Assembly: GCA_963845535.1 (NCBI GenBank)
Contig: CAWJSK010000004.1
Span: 175,916 to 239,915, forward strand
Direction: 5' to 3'
From: an uncultured Spirochaetota bacterium
GTDB taxonomy: Bacteria > Spirochaetota > Spirochaetia > SZUA-6 > Fen-1364
DNA: 64,000 nt
The notes under the pieces are model-generated. The model made no database searches, had not been told where the DNA came from, and was given only the letters and a program-made list of their open reading frames with translations. Below, one piece after another: positions 52,330 through 62,559 of this stretch (within the stretch, counting starts at the first letter, position 1; the number at the start of each line of letters is the position of its first letter). The translations under genes were made by a program, and so were the position numbers.

Positions 52330-53859
52330 TTGTATATCCTCGAGGGACGGGCGCTCACTTCCGGAGAGAAGTCGCTCTTCTGCGGAGGCTCGGAGTCATC
52401 ATACGCCACAACGCTGAAGTAGTACAGGTTGCCGTTGGTGAGCCCGTCTATCTCGATGCTCGTCTTTGCCCCTGCGTCCACCGGCGAGTCCCCTTGCGCC
52501 GCGCCGGTTCCCAGGTAGTTGTGCGGGGACGTCCCGTAGTAGAGCATGTAGCCCTTGACGTCCAGCTCGCTCACGGGGCGCCAGCTCAAGGTCACCTTGC
52601 CATTGCCCGGGTGTGGCAAGAAGGCCTGCCGGCGGCGCCGGCGGTTCGTTGGGCTCATAGACCACGCGGAGGCTGGAGACCCTCGGGGTAAGGTTGCGCG
52701 TCCCGTCCGGGTAGAGAACCACCATGAGCTGGAGGTAGCGGCCTTTGAGAGTTTCTTTGAAGTCCCCTGGAGGCGTGAAGGGCACCCAGTCAGTGTCGGT
52801 CTTGAGCAGGCGCGGGTTTCGCCATACGTCCGAGACCTGGTAGTAGAACTCAACGCCCGAGTCCCCGGGGGTCGTGTATGTCGCCTCGATGCGGGAAATC
52901 CGCGTGGCCGTGAATCCAAGGTCAATGATGCTCGACGTGGCTGTTCCGGTCTTGCCAGCAAAGCGCTGGATCATCGGGTCATCCACGACCCGCCGTGAGA
53001 CGCGAAGCTCATCGAGGAATCCCGTGAACCCCGCTCCCAGCACAAGCGGTCCGGCCTCCTGCAGCCCCAGCCGCGGCACGGCTATCGAGCCGCTCTCACG
53101 GCCGTTGTCCGTGACGTGCGCAATTGCCTCCGGCACGCCGTCGATCAGGTACTCCAGGAGACCGCTCCTGGCGTTGAAGCGAAGGAGGTGATGGTGCCAG
53201 GCGCGGGGGATCAGCTTGCGGGTGCCGGAAAGCGTGACCGGGAGCCATGAGCCGTTGGGAAGCGCAAAAAAATCCTGGAAATCCCAGACGAGCTTCCTCT
53301 CTTTGATGTAACAGCGCATGCTCTGCGCGGCGAGCTGACTGCTTCCCGGCTCTCCCGCCCTTGCCGCCCCCGTCCAGGAAAGCACTGTCTCCCCGTCTGA
53401 GAGGGTCGCGGGATAGAGCCAGAACTCGATGGACACATCGCCCCAGACCGCTCCCGGCGCGAACAAGGCGCCCGGCGGCGCTTCCAGGCTGACCCCGGAG
53501 CGTTCGCCGTTGAACAGCGCGCTGCCGCCGCCAAGGGCAAAGACCTTGTTTTCGATCCTGGGCGCGGAGTCGATGAACCTGTATGCTCCCTCGGGCTCAG
53601 GTGGTGACTCATTGTCGAAATGCAGGAGCAGCTCCGTGGAACCGTCAGGGGCGTACTCCCCATAGGAAAGGGCGAGGTCCTTGAAACCCCATTTGCCGTC
53701 CACGCGCGTCACGCCGTCAAGGGACTGCATGTCGCCCCAGAGATGCTCCTTCCCGAGCTCGATGGATTTCTCAAGGCATTTCGCCGAAGCGGCGGCAAGC
53801 AGGAAGCATACCAGGAGCGCTCCGGAGCGTATTCCATTCCGGATCATCGATTTGTACAT
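52326..53859 (-). CDS. exported LamG-like + fibronectin type III protein; frameshift near 52607
   Basis: Signal-peptide-like N-terminus; SIEFWLYP, WHH, FTGFLDELRVS (LamG); FN3 GNGKVTLSW..GYMLYYG..GLTNGNLYYFSVVAYD in the adjacent frame. Confidence 0.85.
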
Positions 53860-53883
53860 TGGTAATATAATCGGAACACAGGG

Positions 53884-55716
53884 GTGATTCTATTGAAGCC
53901 TTTCGATCCGCGGGAGCGGGACTTCCCCGACAAGCCTGGCGTGTACATCATGAAAGACGCCGGCGGTGAAACGATCTACGTGGGCAAGGCGCGCAGCCTG
54001 AGAAACCGCGTGCGCTCGTACTTCGCGGGGGAAAAGGACATCAAGACGAGGTTTCTCCTGGCCGCCATGGCGGACATCGAGGTCATCATCACCAACACGG
54101 AGTATGAAGCCCTCCTGCTGGAGAACAACCTCATCAAGCAGCGAAAGCCCCGGTACAACATCGACCTGAAGGACGGCAAGACCTACCCCGTGATCAGGCT
54201 TACCGCGGAGGACTTCCCGCGCGTGTATCGCACTCGCCACATGGTCTTCGATGGCTCGGAGTACTTCGGGCCGTTTCCCAAGCCCCAGCAGATCGACCTG
54301 TACCTCAAGCTTATTGAGCGCCATTTTCCCCTGTGCAAGTACCGGGGCTCACGGAAAGCTCAAGGATATCCCTGCCTCAACTACCACATGGGAAGGTGCG
54401 CCGGAGCCTGCTGCGGCAAAATCACCCGTGAGGAGTACCTCACGATTGTCGACGGTGTCCGCAAGCTCCTCTCGGGGAGGGTGGAAGAGCTCATGCGGGA
54501 GCTGCGGGACAAGATGAAGGCCGCTTCGGACGCCCAGGAGTACGAGCGCGCCGCAAAGTTGCGGGACCAGGTCCTCGCAATCGAGGAGCTCTCGGGGGAC
54601 CAGCGCGTGCAGGAGTTCACCGAGGAAGACAGGGATTACATCGCCATGGCCCCCAGCGGGGAAGCCTTGGTGGTGGTTGTCCTGCAAGTGCGGGAAGGGA
54701 AGCTCCTCGGCAAGGAGGTGTTTCGGGTGGAGGACTACTCTCCTGATGAGGAGGCCATGTCGCATTTCATCGCCCGCTACTATTCCGAGCGCAAGTCCAT
54801 ACCTGATGCGCTGTACATGTCGAGCTCCGTGGACGCGGAAAATCTCTCCGCCTACCTGCGCGAGCTCGCCGGCCGGCAGATCGCGGTGAAGGTTCCCCAG
54901 CGCGGCAAGCACACGCAGCTCCTGGCAATGGCGGTGGAGAACGCCCGTGAGGAGGCGGCAAAAGCGGCCCGCGGCGCTGAGATGACTGCTGCGCTGGAAG
55001 GGCTGAAGATGGACCTGGACTTGCCGGTGCTTCCCCGTCGCATTGAAGGTTTCGACATTGCCCATCTGGAGGGAACGGATACCGTGGCTTCCCTCATCCG
55101 TTTCACCGACGGCAGGCCCGACCGCAAGTTGTACAGGGCTTTCAACATCCGGTCCCTGAACGGGAAAATCGACGACTTCGAATCCATCAGGGAGGCGGTG
55201 GCGCGCCGCTACACCCGGGTGCTGAACGAGGAGCTGGAAAGGCCGGACCTCATCGTGATTGACGGCGGAAAGGGACAGCTCGGCGCGGCGCGGGGAGTCC
55301 TTGCAACTATCGGGATGGGGGAGGTCCCCGTCATCGGGCTTGCCAAGAAGAAGGAGGAAATATTCCTCCCGGGCCGCGAGGATTCCCTCCTCCTGGACGA
55401 AGCTTCCCCATCGCTTCGAATCCTCGAGGCGGTGCGGGACGAATGCCACAGGTTTGCGACGAAGTTGAACAAGAAGAAACGGGCCAAACACGTTACCATG
55501 ACGTATCTCGAGGCCATACCGGGGATTGGCCAGACGCGCAGCAGGCGGCTCATGCAGGTGTTCGGTTCCCTGGAAGCCATCCTTGCCTGTTCGGTGGAGG
55601 AGCTGCAGAAGAAAGCTCGCCTCCCTAGAGAGAGTGCCGCCACGCTCCTTGCCCGGCTCGCTGAACGATATAATACACAAGGAGGTGCAGAAGGAGCGCG
55701 TGAAGGTCGCTCCTGA
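53884..55716 (+). CDS. uvrC: excinuclease ABC subunit C
   Basis: PGVYIM, IYVGKA, EALLLE, RIEGFDIAH, IDGGKGQL, RDECHRFA, HhH. Confidence 0.97.
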   Translation: MILLKPFDPRERDFPDKPGVYIMKDAGGETIYVGKARSLRNRVRSYFAGEKDIKTRFLLAAMADIEVIITNTEYEALLLENNLIKQRKPRYNIDLKDGKTYPVIRLTAEDFPRVYRTRHMVFDGSEYFGPFPKPQQIDLYLKLIERHFPLCKYRGSRKAQGYPCLNYHMGRCAGACCGKITREEYLTIVDGVRKLLSGRVEELMRELRDKMKAASDAQEYERAAKLRDQVLAIEELSGDQRVQEFTEEDRDYIAMAPSGEALVVVVLQVREGKLLGKEVFRVEDYSPDEEAMSHFIARYYSERKSIPDALYMSSSVDAENLSAYLRELAGRQIAVKVPQRGKHTQLLAMAVENAREEAAKAARGAEMTAALEGLKMDLDLPVLPRRIEGFDIAHLEGTDTVASLIRFTDGRPDRKLYRAFNIRSLNGKIDDFESIREAVARRYTRVLNEELERPDLIVIDGGKGQLGAARGVLATIGMGEVPVIGLAKKKEEIFLPGREDSLLLDEASPSLRILEAVRDECHRFATKLNKKKRAKHVTMTYLEAIPGIGQTRSRRLMQVFGSLEAILACSVEELQKKARLPRESAATLLARLAERYNTQGGAEGAREGRS

Positions 55717-56635
55717 TGGAGCGCATGCGCTCGTCAAAGGAAGCAAGAAGCAGGCGGATGTTTTCGAGGTCCACGGCGGAGAACTTCCGCGCTCCCTCCA
55801 GGTAGGTCCGTTGGTTTCTCTTGCTCATGATCCGAAGCCGCGTGAACGCCTCCGAGACCTCGAAGTTCTGCGCCGAAAGCCGCTGGAGGGAGGCAAGTTT
55901 GCGAAACTGCATGAGGAGCCCGCTTATGATCTGCGTGGCCTCGGCTTCCCGGGAAAGAAGGATCTTGTCCAGCACCTCTTCCGCGCCGGCAAGCTCTCTT
56001 TCGCAGAGCCGATCAAAAAGCGTGAAGACGTTCTCCTCTTTCGAGTGGTAGATGTAGTGCTCGACGTCCTCCAGGCGGATGGCAGCCCCCGAGCCGAAGA
56101 ACAGCGCGAGCCTCTCGCACTCCGCGCGCAGGTCACGCGTGTTGTTCTCCACCATGTCCAGGATGTAGTCCACCGCCTCGGAGTCGATCTGGACTTTTCT
56201 TTGCCGGAAATAGCTTACGATCCAGCCCTGCTTCTGGTTGTCGAACATTTCCCAGAAGATTTTCTGCCGTTCCTTGGGCACGGCCGCCACGATCTTGCGG
56301 TCCACCTCGGAGGCAAATCCGCCGGTGGTCAGGACAAGCGTGGCGTCAGCGGCCGGCGCCGAGAGGTATTCGACAATCAGGCTGACATCCTCCGCGCGCT
56401 TCACCTGCTCCATTCCCGAGAATATGACCAGCCTGTGACGGGAGAAGAGCGTCTTGTTCCTCAGGCACAAGAGCACGTCCGCGGCGCGCGACTCGCCTCC
56501 GTAGAAGCGCGTCGTCTCGGCAGGCTCGCCGCCTTTGGCAGCCAGGCCTTCCTTCAGCTTCTCAATGAAGGCGGATTTTTCCCCCTCCTCGGGTCCGAGG
56601 AGAAGGTGGATGTCACCACGGGGAGCCGGACTCAC
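55625..56635 (-). CDS. holA: DNA polymerase III delta subunit
   Basis: HLLLGPEEG, TLFSRHRLVI, ECERLALF, ENVFTLFD. Confidence 0.88.
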   Translation of the reverse strand: MSPAPRGDIHLLLGPEEGEKSAFIEKLKEGLAAKGGEPAETTRFYGGESRAADVLLCLRNKTLFSRHRLVIFSGMEQVKRAEDVSLIVEYLSAPAADATLVLTTGGFASEVDRKIVAAVPKERQKIFWEMFDNQKQGWIVSYFRQRKVQIDSEAVDYILDMVENNTRDLRAECERLALFFGSGAAIRLEDVEHYIYHSKEENVFTLFDRLCERELAGAEEVLDKILLSREAEATQIISGLLMQFRKLASLQRLSAQNFEVSEAFTRLRIMSKRNQRTYLEGARKFSAVDLENIRLLLASFDERMRSIRSDLHALLLHLLVYYIVQRAGQGAWRHSL

Positions 56636-56665
56636 GCGTAGCTTCTCATCACGCGTAGCTTCTCA
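56632..56665. repeat. 17-bp tandem duplication at the lexA/holA junction
   Basis: TCACGCGTAGCTTCTCA twice, perfect. Confidence 0.92.
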
Positions 56666-57254
56666 TGAGGAAGGTGAGCTTTCCCAGGATGCGGACATTT
56701 TGCGTGTAGATGGGAGGGTACTTGAGGTTTTCCGCTTTCAGGCGGACGCGGTTTTTCTCCATAAAGAAGCGCTTCAGGGTCACGGCGTCGTCCACCATGG
56801 CCACGACGATGTCTCCGTTGTCCGCCGAGCTCTGATGGGCAACCACCACGGTGTCACCGTCGAAGATCCCCGCGTCTTTCATGCTGTCACCCTTGACCCG
56901 CAGCGCAAAGTGGGCTGATGCGCCGAGGGCATTCGCGGGCACCTGTACGAAGCCCTGCAGGTTCTCTTCCGCAAAGAGCGGTTTCCCGGCGGCAACGCTT
57001 CCCAGGAGGGGCACGGAAGCCATCTCCTCCTTGTCCGCCTCCGCGTCGCGGATGATCTCGATGGCCCGGGACCTGTTCCCATGACAACGCAGGTAGCCCT
57101 TCTTCTCGAGGGCTTTCACGTGATCATAGCTTCCCTTCACGGAGAAGCGGAAATTAGTCGCAATTTCGCGGATGGTGGGAGGGTAACGGTTCTTGTGGAT
57201 GAACTCCCGGATGAAGTCAAAGACCTCCCGCTGGCGCAGCGTGAGCCCTTTCAT
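56649..57254 (-). CDS. lexA: SOS repressor LexA
   Basis: LTLRQ, YPPTIREI, VAAG cleavage site, GDSM, TLKR. Confidence 0.96.
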   Translation of the reverse strand: MKGLTLRQREVFDFIREFIHKNRYPPTIREIATNFRFSVKGSYDHVKALEKKGYLRCHGNRSRAIEIIRDAEADKEEMASVPLLGSVAAGKPLFAEENLQGFVQVPANALGASAHFALRVKGDSMKDAGIFDGDTVVVAHQSSADNGDIVVAMVDDAVTLKRFFMEKNRVRLKAENLKYPPIYTQNVRILGKLTFLMRSYA

Positions 57255-57259
57255 GACGG

Positions 57260-58624
57260 CTATTTCTCCACCGACATTTTCAACTTCTTCATCTTGCTGT
57301 GGAGGTTGCTTGCGTAGACGCCGAGGGACTCCGCCGCCCGGGAAATGTTGCCGCCTGCTTCCCGCAAGCGCGCGGCTATCAGGTCCCGCTCGAAGCTCTC
57401 CCGCGCCTGTGCGAGGGTCATATCCGCATAGGCGGTGAGGGCGTCATTCGCCTGTCCCTGAGGGGTCCCCCCGAGGAACGACTTCACCGAATCAGCGGAG
57501 ATAACTTCCTCCTCCGACATGATATTAGTCCTCTCCACGAAGTTTTTCAATTCCCTGATATTCCCGGGCCAGTGGTAAGAACGCAGGATGCGCATCCCTT
57601 CCGCGGAGACCGTCTTGGCCTCCTTGGCGGACGGCCGCTTGAACTTCTCCATGAAGTAGGCAACCAGCTCGGGCATGTCGTCCATGCGCTCCCGCAGCGG
57701 CGGGAGGAGGATGGGGACCACGTTGATGCGGAAAAAGAGGTCCTCCCGGAACTTCCCTTTCCTGATCTGCTCCTGGATGTCCTTGTTGGTGGCCGAGATC
57801 ACGCGCACGTCCACGGAAATGGATTCTTCCGCTCCCACCCGCTCAAAGCGCATCTCCTGGAGCACCCGCAGCACCTTGGCCTGGGTGACCAGGGACATGT
57901 CGGCAATCTCGTCAAGGAAGAGTGTCCCGTGGTTGGCCACCTCGAGCTTTCCCCTGCGGCGCGTCAGCGCGCTGGTGAATGCCCCCTTTTCGTGGCCGAA
58001 CAGCTCGCTCTCGATCAAGCTCTCGGGGATGGCGGCGCAGTTGAGCTCCACGAACGGACCCGAGCTGCGTCCGCTTCGAACATGGACCTCACGGGCCACA
58101 AGCTCCTTGCCCGTGCCGTTTTCCCCCAGGATGAGGATGCGCGAATCGCTTCCGGCCGCCTGTTCGATGAGCCCGCGGACTGCCGTCATGCCCGGGCCGG
58201 AGCCGATCATGCGGTCATCGATGAAGATGCTCTTCTTGAGAGACCGGTTCTCCTTGCGCAGGTCCTCCATTGCCAGCGCGTTTCTGACCACAGTCATGGT
58301 CCGGTCCAGGGAAAGGGGCTTTTCCAGGAAGTCGAAGGCCCCCATCTTCGTGGCCTGGACGGCGAGGGAGATGTTGGCGTGGCCCGAGATCATGATCACT
58401 TCGACATCGGGGTACTGTTCCCGTATTTTCTTGAGCACGTCCATGCCCCCCATGTTGGGAAGCCACACGTCGAGGAACACGACGTCCACCTGGCTCGCGG
58501 CAAGGTCGGCAAGGCCCTGGATTCCGTCCTCCGCGTCCAGCACCGTGTAGCTTTCATCCTCGAGGATGTCACGCAGGACCGTGCGGATGCCGGGCTCGTC
58601 GTCGATGATGAGGATTGTGCTCAC
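57260..58624 (-). CDS. sigma54-interaction response regulator (NtrX-like)
   Basis: Receiver LDVWLP/ISGH, GENGTGKE, ESELFGHEKGAFTSA, WPGNIREL, Fis HTH; GTGA overlap with the kinase. Confidence 0.92.
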   Translation of the reverse strand: MSTILIIDDEPGIRTVLRDILEDESYTVLDAEDGIQGLADLAASQVDVVFLDVWLPNMGGMDVLKKIREQYPDVEVIMISGHANISLAVQATKMGAFDFLEKPLSLDRTMTVVRNALAMEDLRKENRSLKKSIFIDDRMIGSGPGMTAVRGLIEQAAGSDSRILILGENGTGKELVAREVHVRSGRSSGPFVELNCAAIPESLIESELFGHEKGAFTSALTRRRGKLEVANHGTLFLDEIADMSLVTQAKVLRVLQEMRFERVGAEESISVDVRVISATNKDIQEQIRKGKFREDLFFRINVVPILLPPLRERMDDMPELVAYFMEKFKRPSAKEAKTVSAEGMRILRSYHWPGNIRELKNFVERTNIMSEEEVISADSVKSFLGGTPQGQANDALTAYADMTLAQARESFERDLIAARLREAGGNISRAAESLGVYASNLHSKMKKLKMSVEK

Positions 58625-60414
58625 GCGGAGGCTCCTGCCGAGGCGGGGATGTCGATGAAGATCGTGGTGCCGCTGGAGCCGTCGCTTTCCGCCCACACGT
58701 TGCCCTTGTGGTCGAAAACGATGCGCTGCACGATGGCAAGCCCCAGGCCCGTTCCATCCTTCTTTGTCGTGAAATAGGGGTCGAAGACCCGTTCCCTGTC
58801 CTGTTCGGGGATGCCCGTGCCCGTGTCACTCACCGCGATTCGGCAATAGGAGATGTGGGCCTTCTTGACGATGTCCGCCCGCACCCCCACGAGCCCCCCT
58901 TCGGGCATGGCCTGAATTGCGTTCGTGAAGAGGTTGGCGAAGACGCGCTTCATTTGATTTCTGTCCACGTTCAGCACCAGTGAGTCCGGAACGCTGGCAA
59001 TGTCGATCTTCACGGAAGACGACAGGCTTGCGTAGACCGAGGTGACCTCCTGGAGGATCTCCTTCATGTTCACCGGCACGGGCTGCGGCACGGGCAGCTT
59101 GGCGAAATCCCCGAACTCCCGCAAGAGCCTCTCCAGGTTCTCCACTTCCTTGATGATGGCCGACACGGAGGAGCCAAGGACCCTCCCGAACTCTTCACCG
59201 CCCGCTGCCGCGGTGACGTCCGCGTGCTTCTTCAATATCCTCTGCGCGGACAGCTTGATGGGCGTGAGAGGGTTCCTGATTTCGTGGGCCAGGCGCTGGG
59301 CAATCTCCTGCCAGGCCGTGATGCGCTCCGCCTGGAGGAGCTTCCTGCGTGAGCGGTCCAGCTCGGATACCATTCCGTTGAACGACTCCACCAGGCCGGA
59401 GAGCTCGTCCCGAGGGCGCGTGAGGATGCGGAAGCTGAAATCCCCTTCCGCCACGCGTCGGGTCGCGTCCTCAAGGTGCACGATGGGGCTGATGATTCTC
59501 TCGGTCAGAAGGAGGCTCACGAGGATGGTGATGAAGAAGATGGGCAGGGAGAACAGGAAGAAGAACCCCACGAGCACGATCTGGAAGAGCTCGCGGAAGC
59601 GGTCCAGCGCGGTGAACAGCGTGAGGCTCTCCGTGAGCCGCCGCGCGTTGGCGCGAAGGGTGCCGGGCAAAAGTGAGCTTGCCACGGCGGTGACCCGCTG
59701 TCCGTCCATGCTGAAGACCTTCACGTCCCTCAGGATGCTCACGTCGCTCCTGTCCTCCCTGGGTTGGATGCCGCCAGAGCCTTTCACGGTGGAGAAGTCA
59801 GAAATGCGCGTGCGCGGGTCTCCCCGAAAAGCAATCTCGCGGCCGTCCGGCCAGAAAAGCTGCAGCGAGCTTATCCCTGAGTTGATTGCCTGGATGGACT
59901 GCCAGGCGGCGTCAGGGTCACGCGCGAACTGGCGCAGGAGGGATGGCGCGAGCGACCCCTCGGCAAAGGAACGCAGGTTCTCCACGCGCTCATCCTGGTA
60001 GTCGATGGCCATCCGCGAGGCCCCTCGGAGCGCCTCGCCAATGGAGGAGCTGAACCATGTGCCCATGGCGGAGTTGATGAACGTGATTGCCAGGAGGGAC
60101 TGCGGAACCGCGGAGAGCACGGTGATGAGGATGAAAAACAGCGTGAGCCGCAGCTTGAGGCCCGCGCCCGCCTGGCGCATGGCGCGCTGGCGCAGGAGCC
60201 GTACGATCTGGAAGACGGTGACCCCCAGGAGGACCAGGGACAGGGCAAAAGCCACCACGAGCGCGATGGTGGTGGGCGCCGTTTCCGTGCCTGCAATGGT
60301 GACGACGAAGGTTCGGGAGAACGCAATGATGACGCCGATCAGGATCACGAAGAGGAGGATGAGGATGATGAGGCCGCGCGAGGTGTTTTCCGGGGCGCCC
60401 AGCGGCCGTCTCAT
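58621..60414 (-). CDS. membrane sensor histidine kinase (NtrY-like, HAMP)
   Basis: TM segments, HAMP, AWQEIAQRLAHEIRNPLTPI, NAIQA, DTGTGI, GTGLGL. Confidence 0.92.
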   Translation of the reverse strand: MRRPLGAPENTSRGLIILILLFVILIGVIIAFSRTFVVTIAGTETAPTTIALVVAFALSLVLLGVTVFQIVRLLRQRAMRQAGAGLKLRLTLFFILITVLSAVPQSLLAITFINSAMGTWFSSSIGEALRGASRMAIDYQDERVENLRSFAEGSLAPSLLRQFARDPDAAWQSIQAINSGISSLQLFWPDGREIAFRGDPRTRISDFSTVKGSGGIQPREDRSDVSILRDVKVFSMDGQRVTAVASSLLPGTLRANARRLTESLTLFTALDRFRELFQIVLVGFFFLFSLPIFFITILVSLLLTERIISPIVHLEDATRRVAEGDFSFRILTRPRDELSGLVESFNGMVSELDRSRRKLLQAERITAWQEIAQRLAHEIRNPLTPIKLSAQRILKKHADVTAAAGGEEFGRVLGSSVSAIIKEVENLERLLREFGDFAKLPVPQPVPVNMKEILQEVTSVYASLSSSVKIDIASVPDSLVLNVDRNQMKRVFANLFTNAIQAMPEGGLVGVRADIVKKAHISYCRIAVSDTGTGIPEQDRERVFDPYFTTKKDGTGLGLAIVQRIVFDHKGNVWAESDGSSGTTIFIDIPASAGASA

Positions 60415-60976
60415 TGGGCGTTCCGCTTCTCCCACGGCGTGGTATAGGAAGCCGCCGCTCCGGCAAGGGTGACGATGGTGAGCGGGGGCATCAGCCGCAC
60501 CGGCTCCAGCCGCGCGCGGGCGCTCACGTACTGCCGATCACCTTCCCGGGGGGCAAGCCGGGAGACCGGGAAGTCAGCCAGCGAGAGGAAACCCAGGAGC
60601 AGGTCGGGAGCGCTGGTGTAAGCCGTCCGCGAGCCGTCATCCGACTCCACCACGAACTTCCTGTCCAGAAAGTCCCAGAACGCGCTTCGGGCAACGCTCG
60701 TCTCCGTGAGCAGCTTGTCCCCCAGAAACGGAAAAAGCCCGCCGCGTCGCTGGTAGACCCTGAGGGTGAAGACGATGCGAGCTTCCATGCCGTTCTGGAG
60801 TGAGGAGACCAGCTCCTGCTCCTTGTTCCAGCGGAACCAGAGGCTCGCGTGAATGCCGTCAGGGCGGACGCTCACGCCCAGGTCCAGGGACTGCGCCCAG
60901 GACGGAGCTGCGCCGAGCGCTGCCAGGAGAACCAGGAGCACGGGAAAGATGGATAGGAAGGCCGGGGCCGGCTCAT
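60411..60976 (-). CDS. DUF4390-like exported protein; probable frameshift just after the start
   Basis: Signal peptide then LQNGMEARIVF..TPW, upstream of the NtrY-like gene; best ATG (60976, GAGGAGG SD, ATGA overlap) is one base out of frame. Confidence 0.65.
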
Positions 60977-61239
60977 TCCTCCTCGAAACGGTTCTCGAAG
61001 AGCTTCTCGATGGCATCAAGGGCTTGCGTTTCATCGGGTCCGTCAGCAATGATTTTCAGGGGAGTGTTGTAGGTGGCCCCCAGGGTGATCACGCCCATGA
61101 TCGACTTGCCGTTGACGCGCTCGCTGTCCTTCTCGATGTAGATCCGCGACTCGAACTCGCTGGCCGTCTTGACCAGCAAGGCCGCCGGGCGGGCATGCAT
61201 GCCCGCCCGGTTGCGGATGGTGACGATGCGCTCGATCAT
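60973..61239 (-). CDS. ptsH: phosphocarrier protein HPr
   Basis: GMHARPAA (His15), NGKSIMGV (Ser46). Confidence 0.96.
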   Translation of the reverse strand: MIERIVTIRNRAGMHARPAALLVKTASEFESRIYIEKDSERVNGKSIMGVITLGATYNTPLKIIADGPDETQALDAIEKLFENRFEEE

Positions 61240-61245
61240 GTCCCC

Positions 61246-62229
61246 TCATTTCTCATTCAGGAATTTAACGCGCGTGCTCTCCGTCTCCAGCCAGTTCATC
61301 ACGTTCTTGTTGAACTCCCGGGCGGAGTAGTAGCCCATTTTTTTCAGCCGTTCGTTGCGGGCCGCGGTCTCGATGATCACGGGGATGTTGCGGCCCGGCT
61401 TGATGGGGATGACCACCAGAGGGACATGCACGCCGAGGATGTCGATGGTATTCTCCTCCGAGCCGATCCTGTCGTAGTTCTTCTTGGCGTCCCAGTACTC
61501 CAACTGCACCACGAGCTGGATCTGCTTCCTGTCCCGGATTGCCCCTACGCCGAAAAGATGGGTGATGTTGATGATCCCGAGGCCCCGGATCTCCATGTGG
61601 TGGCTCACCACCTGGGCGCCGCTTCCCATCAGGATGTTGCCGCTCACGCGGCGGATCTCCACGGAGTCATCCGCCACCAGTCGGTGGCCGCGCTCGATGA
61701 GCGACAGCGCGGACTCGCTCTTGCCCACGCCGCTGTCCCCCTCGAGGAGCACCCCGATTCCGAACACCTCCACCAGGACGCCGTGGACGGTCTGCTTGGG
61801 CGCGAAAATGGTGGACAGCACCCGCAGGATCCGCATGGTGAACTCCGAGGAGGAAAGGTCCGTCTGGAGGATGGGGCAGCCGGCTTTTTCCGCGATGTCG
61901 TAGAAATCCGCCGTGGGCTCCAGGGAATGCGTGAACACGCAGCAGGGGATGGGGAACTCGAAGAGCTTCTCCATTTCCCCGCGCCGCTTCTCCTTGGCAA
62001 GCTTCTGGAGAAAGGCGTTTTCCCCCCTGCCGAAGATCTGGATGCGCTGGTGGGCGAAGTTCTCATAGAAACCGCCCAGCTCGAGCCCCGGCCTGTTGAT
62101 CTCCGTGACGGAGATCTCCCGGATGAGACCCGGCCTGCCGCCGATACATTTCAGGTTGAGGGCGTCGTTCTCCCGCAGGTCAAGCTGGAGGAGATCGAGC
62201 ACCCGGAACTTCTCGATCTGTGACGCCAT
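61246..62229 (-). CDS. hprK: HPr kinase/phosphorylase
   Basis: INRPGLEL, HGVLV, GDSGVGKSE, LVADD, EIRGLGI, PGRN. Confidence 0.97.
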   Translation of the reverse strand: MASQIEKFRVLDLLQLDLRENDALNLKCIGGRPGLIREISVTEINRPGLELGGFYENFAHQRIQIFGRGENAFLQKLAKEKRRGEMEKLFEFPIPCCVFTHSLEPTADFYDIAEKAGCPILQTDLSSSEFTMRILRVLSTIFAPKQTVHGVLVEVFGIGVLLEGDSGVGKSESALSLIERGHRLVADDSVEIRRVSGNILMGSGAQVVSHHMEIRGLGIINITHLFGVGAIRDRKQIQLVVQLEYWDAKKNYDRIGSEENTIDILGVHVPLVVIPIKPGRNIPVIIETAARNERLKKMGYYSAREFNKNVMNWLETESTRVKFLNEK

Positions 62230-62235
62230 GTCGGC

Positions 62236-62559
62236 CTATCCTTCTTCCTTCGCCGGTTCCTGCTTCTTATGGTGCTCCTGGATCTTCGACTTCTCCTTCT
62301 CCACCTTGGCCTCCAGCCTGTCGAACAGGGCGTCGATGCCGGCGTTGAGGTTGAAGTTCTCCACTCCCATGTGGACGGTGCTTCCCCAGCGGAAATTGAC
62401 GGTTGCGTCTACCTTGAAGAGGTTCTTCTCTTTCGTGAGGTTCAGCAGAAAGTCGACGATGAGGTCTTTTGCGAAGTCCAGACGCGGCATTTTCATATCG
62501 ATGTACTGCCTGATTGCCTCGGTGACTTCCAGATGTATCCCTTTGATCTCGGCATTCAT
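62236..62559 (-). CDS. hpf: ribosome hibernation promoting factor (short HPF/RaiA)
   Basis: MNAEIKGIHLEVTEAIRQYI..AGIDALFDRLE..KEKSK; GGAGG SD; follows rpoN. Confidence 0.9.
   Translation of the reverse strand: MNAEIKGIHLEVTEAIRQYIDMKMPRLDFAKDLIVDFLLNLTKEKNLFKVDATVNFRWGSTVHMGVENFNLNAGIDALFDRLEAKVEKEKSKIQEHHKKQEPAKEEG

Noticed and set aside
53860..53884. SOS box before uvrC
   Set aside because: GAACACAGGGGT lacks the second half-site, and the LexA motif of this lineage is unknown to me
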